A DNA stretch of 64,000 nt from Podospora anserina (taxonomy: Eukaryota), in the NCBI GenBank assembly GCA_017654855.1, contig CM030335.1, positions 3,224,001-3,288,000 of the forward strand, written 5' to 3'. Position 1 is the stretch's first letter, and each line of letters begins with the position of its first letter. Below, one piece after another: positions 51,050 to 61,998 of the stretch. A program made the position numbers and the translations under genes. The notes beneath the pieces are model-generated. The model saw only the letters and a list, made by a program, of their open reading frames with translations, did not search any database and had not been told where the DNA came from.

Positions 51050-52073
51050 GGGAGGTGGTGAAGGAACGAGCTGGAGGATCGTGGGGTTGTAATGGTAATG
51101 TACAGTTATGTGTATAAAGGTGACAGTACGCCAAATAGAAGGCCAGTTCGATCGTTATCAGGGTCTGTCTTTCACATACGAGTATTTTCGGCGACAGCTT
51201 AGGTCATCCAACCGTCAGCCCCCATGAATTTCAAGAGTCTCTCCAGACCATTTCATCGCTTAAATGGGCCTTAAAGAACCAAACCTTGCAGATTTATTTT
51301 ATCCATACCCACCTCTAAGAGAGCATCAGCCTTATGGAATCGCGGATACATGGAAACCAGCTCCCCAAGTACAGTACACTTGTTTTTATGTATGTTGGGT
51401 GGGGTACCACAATCCGACAACAGTTCGACAGGACAGGCCTGGTTGAGGAACATGTAATGTCAACTGGGGAGCTCACGCTCTTGCTCTCCAACGGCCCACT
51501 TGCAAATAGTGGTGAATGGCAACCTCGACCAAAAAGACGAGTCCAGATGCTATCACGGCCAAAAGTCACAAAACCGCAAACGAAATCTCAACCAAAAAGT
51601 TTAAAACACCAAAATTCGAGATCACGACCGAGTTTCAAGGTTCGACAGTTTTAAGCTTTGCAACACCCCCAAGCCCCGATCTCTCAAGGTTCAACACAGA
51701 GAATCATACTTTCAGCCACAGTTATCCTCATATGTCAAGAGCACATCATATTTTCTCTGACCAAATTCACTTGCACCAAATTCTTCACGAACTCACTACC
51801 TTACTTTAAAGGCATCACAGGTTTAAAGGTTCAACATTATTATACTCCTTTTCCAATCCAACACTCGCATCATCCGCTAACGCACCGCCTGAACCAGCTT
51901 GCTCACCACCTCCCCGCGCGAACCTCCACCACCTCACGATAACACCTGCCCGCGCGCGGCTATAACTAAATCCCATCTGCCCCCTCGCGTGAACTACCTT
52001 TTGCTTTCAGGCACTACCAACTCGGGTTCACAAGCGCAAACAAAAAGGAAGGAAAAAAAAAGGAAAAAAGAAA

Positions 52074-52444
52074 TGCCCTGTACCCGCCTCTTCCACCTCC
52101 CCTACCTCTGCCCAGCCTGCAACAAAAGACCAGGTCCAGATCCCGACCCGGACTACAACTGGGACACCGAGTCACCTTTCCAGCCTTATGTGGGATGTTG
52201 CCGGAGGATCATGACTGGGGATTGCGCGTGTGTATTTGATAAATGGGGGCCGGTGATCGTTACGAGTGTGGAGGTTGAGGAAAGAGATAGGAGGGTTTGT
52301 GGGGAGTGTGAGGAGGCGGGAAGGAAGAGGACGGAGGTTTTGAGGGGGAGTGATTGTCAGTTGGGGAAGGGGAGGGGGGCGTTGGCGGGGAGGGATCCTG
52401 TGGGTGGGAGGGCGTTTTGGGATGTGGTTGCTGATTACAGATGA
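52074..52444 (+). CDS. Small Cys-rich hypothetical protein (about 122 aa)
   Basis: MPC..CPAC..GCC..DCAC..CGEC, with an A-rich start context. Confidence 0.5.
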
Positions 52445-54041
52445 GGAGAGGACCGGGGAGGGGAAGGGATGGGGGGAATGGTAGGGGGGAAGGGAGAGGC
52501 GATGGGGTTGTCTAAGCAAGGCTGAGGAGGCGATTGCGAGGAGGCAGGGGTGGGGGGTTGGTGGGTGTTGGACATTGTGATGGCCACCTACCTAGAGAGC
52601 TGATTAAGAGCGGTTTGAGGATAAGGATGATGGCTTGGGTGCAGTCGATATGTCAGGTCATTTATTCACACACTAACGTCGGTTGAACTATTGCATCCAG
52701 GGTTCGTCGTTATCGGTTTTGAACTGGAATCTCGATATTAAATGCTAGGTTCCATACACCTCGAACTCTGGAAAAGTCCAGCTATCCTTTGCCTGTCGTG
52801 CCTATCCTTCTCCAGGATTCTCCCCTTTTTGATGGTACTGGGAAATAACCCCCTTACGACATTGGTGTTAGCCGTCCGTAGTAGGGGTCGCGGGCGGAGT
52901 CTCCGGTTCAGGAGGGGACGTGGGAGGACGGCTGCCAGTCATGCTGGTAGTGGTGACCAAGTTGGTTTGATAAATGGCGCACAAAAGCTTTTATCGTCTG
53001 AGCTGAGCTATACATAAGACCTGGGTCAGCTGTGTTTGACTTCATGACGACTTGTGAAATCACACACCCTTTGCTGTTTATGAATCGGTAGTTGAAGCTG
53101 TATCCGTTGCTGATGATGGGTAAAGGAAGGTGTCTCTCTTTGCAAGGTAGCGGTGCTCTTATACATGGATGGGACATCGTCGAGGCAGAGAATCCGAACC
53201 TGATATTGGCAGCCCCGTCAGTCGCACAAGGCGGACAAAAAGTATCCTGTCATGGCGTTGGTCAGGAGGGTTATAAGGTGATGTTTCATAAGGGGAGATG
53301 GAAATAGAGGAAGGCCAGAAGGGTAGGTGGGTGAGAGAACGGCGTTGTTTGGTAGGTTTGACGTGGTCGAGGCTCCGAGTCTGTAGTAGTTGATCCTCAT
53401 CTGAAAAGACTGACCACCTCACTCAAGCCACGGCAGTGACAGTCCTCCACGTCAGTTGCACACTGAGCGTTTGCTCAAGGCAAGCCAATAGATACATGAG
53501 GCCCGGGTTTCAGCTCTGGTTCTCAGACAAAACCTCATGCTCTCATCCATCTTCAAGCATTTTTCCACACCTACACTACGATATTTTGTTGGCTAAAGAT
53601 GTGCAGTTGGTATAAGCACAAGTCAAGAAACTGGGAGAGCAAAGCATAACCCAAATCACAACACCTGCCACTGGCAGAACCCACATTCGTGCCCCACCAT
53701 GTCCACTCATCTCTTAAGCCCATTGACGCCACACTGGAAATAACCTCACATCACATGAGAAACAGCCTGCTTGGCGCAGTGGTAACGCGTTCCACTTGTA
53801 TGGCTCTTGCAGCCTCAGTCAATGGAAAGATCATTGGTTCGATTCCAGTAGTAGGCATTGAGATGTTTTATCTTTTGGGCCATCATTGCTTTTTTACTTT
53901 GCATAAGTACTTTTTGGATTCGGTTCCTCTTTTGTCATTAATGATCTTCTACATCGCTCTTTCCATACTCCAGATCACGGACTGAACCCCGGCTTCGATT
54001 ACGCATGATTACTTACCTACCTCCAAGCTCCTGAAGCCAAG

Positions 54042-54956
54042 CTACTTTGAATGCAATTTCTGTGCAGCTCCAACCGTCGTCTTGTTCGTCTTGCCAGCCT
54101 GGCGCAGGAAATACAGACTCAACGTAGTCATGACCACCATCAACGCCCAACGCTCGCCCAGCTCCCCTGTGCGACCAGCCTGTTTCAACTCCAACGTGAA
54201 TGGATGTTTCCAGTTCAGCACGTTGCTAAAGACCACCTTGGCGACAATCTGAACTTTACTCTCAGCCGCGGGCAACCATGAGGCGGAGGCTGCTGAGCGT
54301 GACGATCCCGCCTCGGATAAAGGTCGGCTAGTGTGACCAGGTGCAAGACGGTACAACGTGTACACAGTTCCCGTTTCAGCGTGCTCCTCCGCTTGGCCAC
54401 TCATGTTCTGGTTGTCGTTGCTGCTACCTCTGCTAATCTTCCGCCACTCAAACGCCTCCCTCATCATCCTCTTCACGCCGACCTCAATCTCGAACCCAAA
54501 GGCCACGCCATGCTCCTTGCTAGTGGTGGAGTGCACCACCTCGGTGATCATGTCGCGGGGATTCTTCTCCTGATATAGCGGGGGAAGCTTTACCGCCGTC
54601 TTTGGCCTGAAAAGCTGGACGAGAAGCGGCAGCGGAAACTCATCCCCCGTGGCAGCGAGTATGGGGCTCTTGAGGCTGGTTCCGTTGCGGAGGTAGTAAC
54701 CGGGTCCGAAGTGAAGGGGGCCGCGGGGAGTGAAGCCGAAGTGTGCCTCGACGAGGTAGAGAAAGTCGTCTTCGGTGGCACCGCAGAGCTTGAATGTCTT
54801 TAGCGCGTTGACTACTCCTGAGAAATTGCTGTGGAGATTCATTATGGATGGAAAGGGGCGGTATCCGATGAAGGCGGCACTGGTAGGGAGAAACGTCGAT
54901 GCCTGGTCGGAGTCAGCGCTCTCAGATGAGCGTTTTCCATTATCTGTGTTGGCCAT
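54042..54956 (-). CDS. Intronless fungal hypothetical protein (304 aa)
   Basis: Clean ORF with conserved-looking blocks LRNG..ILAA, F..EVG...REAFEWRK and ELGERWALMVVMT.L. Confidence 0.75.
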   Translation of the reverse strand: MANTDNGKRSSESADSDQASTFLPTSAAFIGYRPFPSIMNLHSNFSGVVNALKTFKLCGATEDDFLYLVEAHFGFTPRGPLHFGPGYYLRNGTSLKSPILAATGDEFPLPLLVQLFRPKTAVKLPPLYQEKNPRDMITEVVHSTTSKEHGVAFGFEIEVGVKRMMREAFEWRKISRGSSNDNQNMSGQAEEHAETGTVYTLYRLAPGHTSRPLSEAGSSRSAASASWLPAAESKVQIVAKVVFSNVLNWKHPFTLELKQAGRTGELGERWALMVVMTTLSLYFLRQAGKTNKTTVGAAQKLHSK

Positions 54957-56343
54957 GATGCTTGTGGCCGCCGAAGTGACCGCGTAACAAGAAATATCAG
55001 ATGATTAGGTGTTTTGTCGAGTGACCGGAATGTTAGGGCACACGGTCTCGGGAAGAGAAACTTGAAGTGAGCGATATAGCAGAGAAACAGCTTACGACGC
55101 CACAGCGAGAAAAATTGTTAGGGAAGCCATTGAGCAAAAGAAGCTGCCTAGACAACGGGGGAAAGGATGACCGAAGTGAGATAAGCTAGCTTACCTAGGT
55201 AGGTAGGTATGTATTGTGCCCCTGCCTGGAATGGCCTGACCTAGGATTTAGACGAGTAATTTGCTGCAGCTGGGAAGCCAACTGCATTATAAAGTAACCA
55301 TTAGGTGTTCCAACCAGGTCTGAAGAATGCGGTGAAACGGCGGGAAAGGAACGGCCTTACCCGGACATACGCACTGTGTCGGAGGCATATTGTTATGGTA
55401 TAGTGTAGATTGACAAAGCGCTGCACAGGAATAAAACCACTACGGCCCTGCAGGCCAGAATACAACCACCAGGGAGCAACCAGAATGGTAGCCCCACATC
55501 TCCTCAGGCACAGTATATACTGTGACACATATTGCATATCAACTGGGCGATGTGACTAATCTCCAGGCAACTACCTGCCTATATTCACTCTGGGCTGGAT
55601 GGAAAAAAGGTTTAGGAAAGGTCCTGTCCCCTTGTATGACTAACCGAGCCAGGTTAGGTTTCCGAGCCCAATAGGTAGGTACCTATCCAGCTGGTACCTA
55701 GCTCTTCGATCGAGTCTTTGCTACGGTGCCGGACCATTGTCACGGTGCGCGCGAAATCCCAGAGCTTGCGAAATGCTACCTAGGTGACTAAGGTAGGCAT
55801 ATTGATCGGTAGGCCATCATGTCGACTTGACTTCAACGCTGACTGAAGTAACTAACCGAAACAGAGAGGGGTGTCTAATACCAATTCATGGGTGATTTGA
55901 ACTTGGCATGTAACTGGATATTGTCGTCTGGACAGAAGAGAGATACCCAAAAGAGCTTACCAGTGAGATATCACGAAGAACACATAATCCATCTGCGCCA
56001 CTCACAAAAGCTTTGCCCCGGACAACCCCAACGCCACATACACCACCCACCAGCTGCCAACCCAAGCCAATCAACCATACACTCAGCCCAGCCCAACCCC
56101 ACTATACGATTCCAAGTCCCAAGTTAGCATTCCGTGGGCGCGGTAGTACAGCTGTTAGTGCATTCCCGAGTTCGAGCGAAGACCCAGGTTGACTCCTGGC
56201 CCGGCCACATAACGTCTGCTTGTTCTTCCAGCGTTGCTTTTTTGTATTTTCTTTTGCCCTGACACCACCTTGTCTGACTGTAACCATCTAATCTTATCCT
56301 ATTCATTTGCTCTGTTCAGCCCTGCTTCAAGAAAAAGCTCCGC

Positions 56344-57353
56344 TTAGTCTTTGACAGCGAAGATCTTATAAGATCCTGTAAATCATGTCAGCTACCGTGC
56401 TCTGGTCTCCTCTATACGCAAAAATGCTAACTTACCAACGAACTCATTGAGATCTGTCCTCCCCACATCACTGCTATCGGTAGTGGCAGAAGAACAAGAT
56501 GGCGTCGCTTTCTTGGCCTCATCCCCACCATCGCAAGCAGAAACAGCGGCAACAGGTCCACAACAATCCCCAGACTTTTTGGTCCCATCCTCTTTGGTGT
56601 CCAAATAGACATTCAGATCGGCCTGTGTATCCGTGATGACCGAGTCTTTGAACCCCGCCTCCCTGAACCAGTTCTGATAGTCGGCAACCTCGGCGGCACC
56701 GGCAATACATCCAACGTACATGGCAATATCCTTTCTCAGCTGATCCGGCAGGGGCTTCTTGGCAAGAATGTCCGACACGGCAACCCTTCCACCGGGCTTC
56801 AGAAGACGGTACATCTCCTTGAAGACATGATTCTTCTCTTCGTATGGGACCAGGTTGATCACGCAGTTTGAGATTATGAGGTCGGCAGTAACGTCTGGGA
56901 GAGGGACAGAGGTGATATTGCCTTTGATGAAGGTGACGTTGGAAACCGAGCTGCCGCGGGAGGCCTTGATCTTTTCGGCGCGGGCGAGCATTTCCTAGCA
57001 ACCTTGTCAGCGGTGTGTTGAGAGAACGCGGAAGTTGCCGGATAAGAACGGACATCATTGATGTCTACGCCAATGGCTCTTCCACTGGAACCAATCTTTG
57101 TCGAGGCGAGGAAGATGTCGAAGCCCGCACCGCTGCCTAGGTCGATGACCGTCTCACCCTCTTTGAGGCTGGTAATGGCAAGTGGATTGCCGCAACTGAG
57201 ACCCAGGTTGGCGTCTTCGGGGATGTTGGATAACTCGTCCTCGCTGTATCCGAATGACTTGGCCACACTCTCTCCGTACTTTGGGGCCGCCGTTCGAGAG
57301 GCACTGCTGTAGTGCTCCCGGACTTGGGCGTAGATCTGCTCGGTTGAATCCAT
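56344..57353 (-). CDS. arsM: Arsenite S-adenosylmethionine methyltransferase (ArsM/AS3MT); introns 57053-56995 and 56435-56376
   Basis: V.EHY, FGYSE..L..IP..ANLGLSCGNP, IDLGSGAGFD, DLIISNCVINL, YRLLKPGGR..SD, YVGCIAGA; ends GSYKIFAVKD*. Confidence 0.9.
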
Positions 57354-57532
57354 GCTTGGATGTTCAATAGAAGTTCATAAAAGGCAGGTCGTGTAGGACA
57401 ATCCGACAATATAGAGGCCGCTGTGAAGGCCAGACTACCTGGTGGTTCTGAGAAGTTGTTGTGCGAAACCTAAAGCTAGGATCAAAACCGGAGTCCTAGA
57501 AAAGGGTATTTATCTTTGTTGATCTACACTCT

Positions 57533-57539
57533 TTACTAA
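57533..57539. promoter_or_regulatory. Yap1-type response element TTACTAA in the arsM/bZIP divergent promoter
   Basis: Exact TTACTAA heptamer. A single 7-mer can occur by chance. Confidence 0.4.
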
Positions 57540-57793
57540 GCCTGATTCTCGTGAGGTGCATTTGATGTGCTGCGTGTTGTCGAGGTTTGAGTGGTATGTC
57601 ATTGAAAGTGGACCAGATATGGTTAGCGCGAGGTCCACTAGATGACGCGCCAGCCCAATGTGGAAAAGATTTGGTTTGTCACCAGAATCTTGCCCAGTGC
57701 TCTCCCGTCCTCACCAATTCCCTTCATCTGCCTCGTCTAGATCTGTACCAACCTGGCTTCGCTCCCGATATTTGACCCTGATTGCCTGCAAAC

Positions 57794-58414
57794 ATGCCAC
57801 GCCAGCCTACATTTCAAAGCAGTATCACCAAATTTTCAGCCAAACCTCCAGGCCACGACGCGGCGCGCCAGCGAGAGAACCAGCGACGTCATCGTGCCAG
57901 AGTCAAAGGGCGTATATGTGATTTGGAGGCCACATTGGCCAGTACCCAAAGCAAACTAGACGATGCGCTGAAGCAGATCGAGGAGCTCCATGCCGAAATC
58001 TCCCGACTACGTGCTCTCCAGCCTCCCACCCTCCAAGCCAACGAAACGTCAAGCTTGATCACCTGTCACGCTGGCGTCGATTCATCAGACATCCAAGAGA
58101 GCCTTAATGATATCGACGATGTCCCAGAGCCGATGCCGGACAGTCCTATGCCGGCGTCACCCCAATCTACCGCCGCCATTGAAGACTCGAATAACGATGG
58201 CCCTCTTCTTCCCCCAACACATCCTGATGAATCAACCATTACCTGTCGTGACGCCTATGCTATAATAATGGACCGGAACACATCAGACTTAGACTCGGAG
58301 ACGATGAACCAATGGCTTAAACCCGGATTTCGGCGAGCTGCAGTCCCTGGATCTGGCTGTCGGATCGAAACACATGTCTTGTTTGCCTTTATTGACCACA
58401 TCACATCAACCTGA
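57794..58414 (+). CDS. bZIP-like transcription factor with a C-terminal two-Cys domain
   Basis: Basic region ARQRENQRRHRARVK, heptad Leu zipper (LEATLAS..L..I..L..I..L), C-terminal TITCRDAY..WL.PGF..GCRIE..LF..ID. Confidence 0.8.
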   Translation: MPRQPTFQSSITKFSAKPPGHDAARQRENQRRHRARVKGRICDLEATLASTQSKLDDALKQIEELHAEISRLRALQPPTLQANETSSLITCHAGVDSSDIQESLNDIDDVPEPMPDSPMPASPQSTAAIEDSNNDGPLLPPTHPDESTITCRDAYAIIMDRNTSDLDSETMNQWLKPGFRRAAVPGSGCRIETHVLFAFIDHITST

Positions 58415-58587
58415 GACACGACTACAAAAGAATGGTGTCGGTTCAAATCTCATAATTATGCACGACAATCACATGCCAGCCTGCAATTGGCCAACGAGCA
58501 GAAGCACCTGGGGTGGGGCTCAACATCAACCTTCAGAATTTACCTCGCGTGATCTTCCCGGTTGCACCGCATACAACAACTACCAGA

Positions 58588-59040
58588 ATGACACACTTCA
58601 ACCATCTAGGTCACATCTCTATCGGGGTGCGTGACTACGTTGTCTCCCGGGCCTTTTACACGGCGGTTCTGGCGCCTCTCGGCCTCCGACTCGTGTACGA
58701 CAGCGGACCTGTTTCCGACCCATCCACCGGCAAAGTCCGAACACTTGGGTACGGCCCGGACGAAGAGCATGAGCTTCTTAACATCTTCGAGCACCAGGAC
58801 GCCGCCACCCCGGGACCGGGGTTCCACATCGCCTTCAATGCGCCGACCAGACAAGCTGTCGTCGATTTTCATGCGAAAGCAATCGAGTTTGGGGGCACTG
58901 ACAATGGGACACCTGGAGTGAGGGAGCACTATGGGAGGAATTATTTCGCTGCCTTTGTCGTTGATCCAGATGGTTGGAGGCTGGAAGCCGTTTGCAAGGT
59001 TCCCCTTGAGCAAGAAGAGCCTTCTGAGACAAGACGTTAG
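58588..59040 (+). CDS. VOC-superfamily (glyoxalase/bleomycin-resistance/dioxygenase) protein, intronless
   Basis: GHISIGVRD..S.AFY..L.PLG, FHIAF.A, GG.DNG.PG.R..Y..NYFAAFVVDPDGWRLEAV; His/His/Glu are the likely metal ligands. Confidence 0.9.
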   Translation: MTHFNHLGHISIGVRDYVVSRAFYTAVLAPLGLRLVYDSGPVSDPSTGKVRTLGYGPDEEHELLNIFEHQDAATPGPGFHIAFNAPTRQAVVDFHAKAIEFGGTDNGTPGVREHYGRNYFAAFVVDPDGWRLEAVCKVPLEQEEPSETRR

Positions 59041-59929
59041 ATGGCGTGGAAACACACCAGTCGTGCGATGCAGGACGGCGGATTACTAGTTGAAATGACC
59101 ATAATTGGGGCGAACACTGCTACTTGTTGTGTGTTCTACAGGTCACGTTTCTCCCACCTACCAGTCAGCCATCACGTCACCATCTGAACATTTGGTCCGG
59201 CTCTTCACTTTCGGGCTTAATGGTATCATTCAGGGGTTCCTATAAGCGACCGTTTAACCCGGACCGCCGGTATATGATCACTCGGTAGGCTGTTCCGAGT
59301 TTGCGGGAATCTGGGGTGAAGCGGATGGATTTCATTGGGGCGGATATCTGCCATGATTGCCAAACTGAGAAACCCACGATGCTACCACCCAAGACCCTGA
59401 CGACGGTCCGATTAAGCATTTTACAATCAGCCACCAAAAGTACAATTGTTACCTTTTCCCGGTCGTTGACTTGTCATAATTGGACTCGGCAAATGGAAGC
59501 GGCTCTTGGAGCTATCACATTGGGAATGTGCGGATGGTAGCAAGCGTACAAAAACGTGCTGACAAGGATCAATTGGTGGAAATTCAGTTAACATCGTACT
59601 ATTAAATCATATAGGACGCTGGAGCACACGTTACCCGCGCTAATAGCATCATATGTGTCATATCTTGGATCTCGTAGGGCCGACTGGAATGTATCGAGCC
59701 GCAACACCAGCATCCACAACGGCCCGGAACCATTCCGTGGCTAAGTAGATCGGGGCCGTGGTCCGAGAAAATCAACATCACGCCTCTCTCGAGGCGGGAT
59801 GTTCAAAACCATCGTCGTGATGGCCCTTGTCAAGGTTATAAAACCAACGGCTTGTCTCCCAGCCCCAACACCTGTCCAGCAGGCAAGATCATCATCGCCA
59901 CCGGCCCAAACCCCTCCCCAACCGCAACC

Positions 59930-60807
59930 ATGAAGGTCTCCACCCTCCTCTTCGCCGCGGCCAGCATGGCCCAAGCCTCCAGCCTCATCCCCCGCCAGCG
60001 AGCCTCCCTCTGCGAGCTCTACGCCTACTGGTCCGGCAACGGCTACGAGCTCCTCAACAACCTCTGGGGCAAAGACACGGCCACCTCTGGCTCCCAGTGC
60101 ACCTACCTCAACGGCGCCTCCAACAACGGCATCTCGTGGTCCACAACCTGGACTTGGCAGGGCGCTCCCGACAACGTCAAGAGCTACCCTTACTCGGGCA
60201 GGCAGGTTGCCAAGGGGAGGAAGATCAGCTCCATCAACAAGATGCCGACGAGCGTCACGTGGAGGTACGACAATGAGAATGTGAGGGCGAATGTGGCATA
60301 TGATGTCTTCACGGCGGCGGATCCGGATCATCCTAATTACGGGGGGGATTATGAGTTGATGATTTGGTGAGTGCTTTTTCCCTGGACAGCTAATTGTTGG
60401 TGGGATCATGCTGACAAGAGGCGGGGGGCGACTGCGTAGGTTGGCAAGATATGGGAATGTTTATCCCATTGGTACCAAGGAGCGGACCGTCACCCTTGCT
60501 GGGAGGTCTTGGGACTTGTGGGTGGGGTGGAACGGGGCTATGAGGGTGTACAGCTTTGTTGTTCCCTCGGGGACGGTCAAGAGCTTTAGCGCTGATGTGA
60601 AGGAATTCTTCCGGTATTTGGAGAGCAATTACCAGTACCCGTCCAGTCAGCAGAACTTGATTGGTGAGTCCTGCACTATCTCCACGGCGAGGGGTGATGA
60701 TTGGTTTACTGACTTTTGCTTGTGTAGTGTACCAAGTCGGCACTGAGGCCTTTACTGGTGGTCCGGCGACTTTTACTGTCGATAACTTCTCTGCTGACTT
60801 GCAGTAG
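59930..60807 (+). CDS. Secreted GH12 endoglucanase/xyloglucanase; introns 60367-60439 and 60664-60727
   Basis: Signal peptide, NNLWG, VKSYP, ANVAYDVFT, YELMIWL, QVGTEAFTG. Confidence 0.95.
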
Positions 60808-61998
60808 CGTGACAGAGATATGTTCGGGGATTGATTGATTGCCGTACTGTCTCTTGTGGTGGTCATGTTTCTGGTTGGACAATGAAGGAATTATCATGAT
60901 GCAAGGACATGTAGATATTGTATCTAGAATAACATCTTGTTTTATACGCACATATGGCGGGTTTATCTTGCAAATCAGAGTAGCCTATGTCAACCCAAAC
61001 ATACTCATAATCGTGGCCCCGGCGGTGGACCAGCGATTCTTCCCATGACAGCAAGCAGGAGAATGCCCAACAGGACCCAGATCCACCAAGGCCTTGACTT
61101 CTTTTCCTCTTGCTCAGGTGCCTCACTGGCTTCCGGTCAATGTTTAGTGCTTGTTGTTGACAATGATGGATGATGGACTCTAACCTTTCGGACTCTTTGG
61201 CAGTTGCCTGGCCTGCCTTGTGTAGCTCGTGGCTTGAGTTCTCGCACTCGCTGTTCGAGTGTTTGCCAGTGAAGTCGTCGGCTGCTGCGGTCATGGCCTG
61301 CACTGCTGGGGTGCGCGCTGCTTCTGGGGTGCGCGCTATTGAAGGGCTCGCGGCTGGTCTGCTCGCTATTGTCGTCTTTTTTCGGCTGCATCTCCCCCAT
61401 CACATACTCCATTTTATCCATCCCAAACATGATGTCCCCTTTCTCTGGCACCACAACGTTGATGGACGATGCGCCGAACATGATCGCAGTCGTAGCGTCT
61501 GGCTTCTCGATAAACACGGCGACGCTTGCTGCTGCGGTTGCTGTACCAGTAGCTGTCACCGTTGCTGTACGGTGCGTGTTGGTGCCATCAGGTTGGCGCG
61601 CAGCGCTCCTCAATCGTGCATAATATCGACAGAACCTTGCAGTACGGGCACACTTGATTCGCCTGGGGTAAGCACGTGAACGTCGCCGAGGCAAGACCTG
61701 CCAAGGCGAGAAGGTGATGGAGCCGCATCGTTTGCTTGTGAGTTGCGTTGTGCTGGAAGACGAGGGTCAGATGAAGTGGTTTGGGGAGCCGGAGTTGTTT
61801 GGTGGTGGTTGAAGACGGAGATCCGGATTTCCATTGCTTAGGTGGGCCACATCCTGCTGTTGAGGACGCTTTACCTTCGCAACAGCCTCATGTGGCTTGA
61901 GGCTGTAACAGACAGCACGTTTGCTCCGCATTCTGCGAGATTGAAGTTCTGTGGCTATCTTTCAAGGTACACGTGGCTGGCGGCTCGTGGACCGCCAT

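Noticed and set aside
60863-61834. Overlapping minus-strand ORFs with a small GCGCGCACCCCAG duplication
   Set aside because: No consistent exon model or recognisable domain; could be an orphan or a relic.
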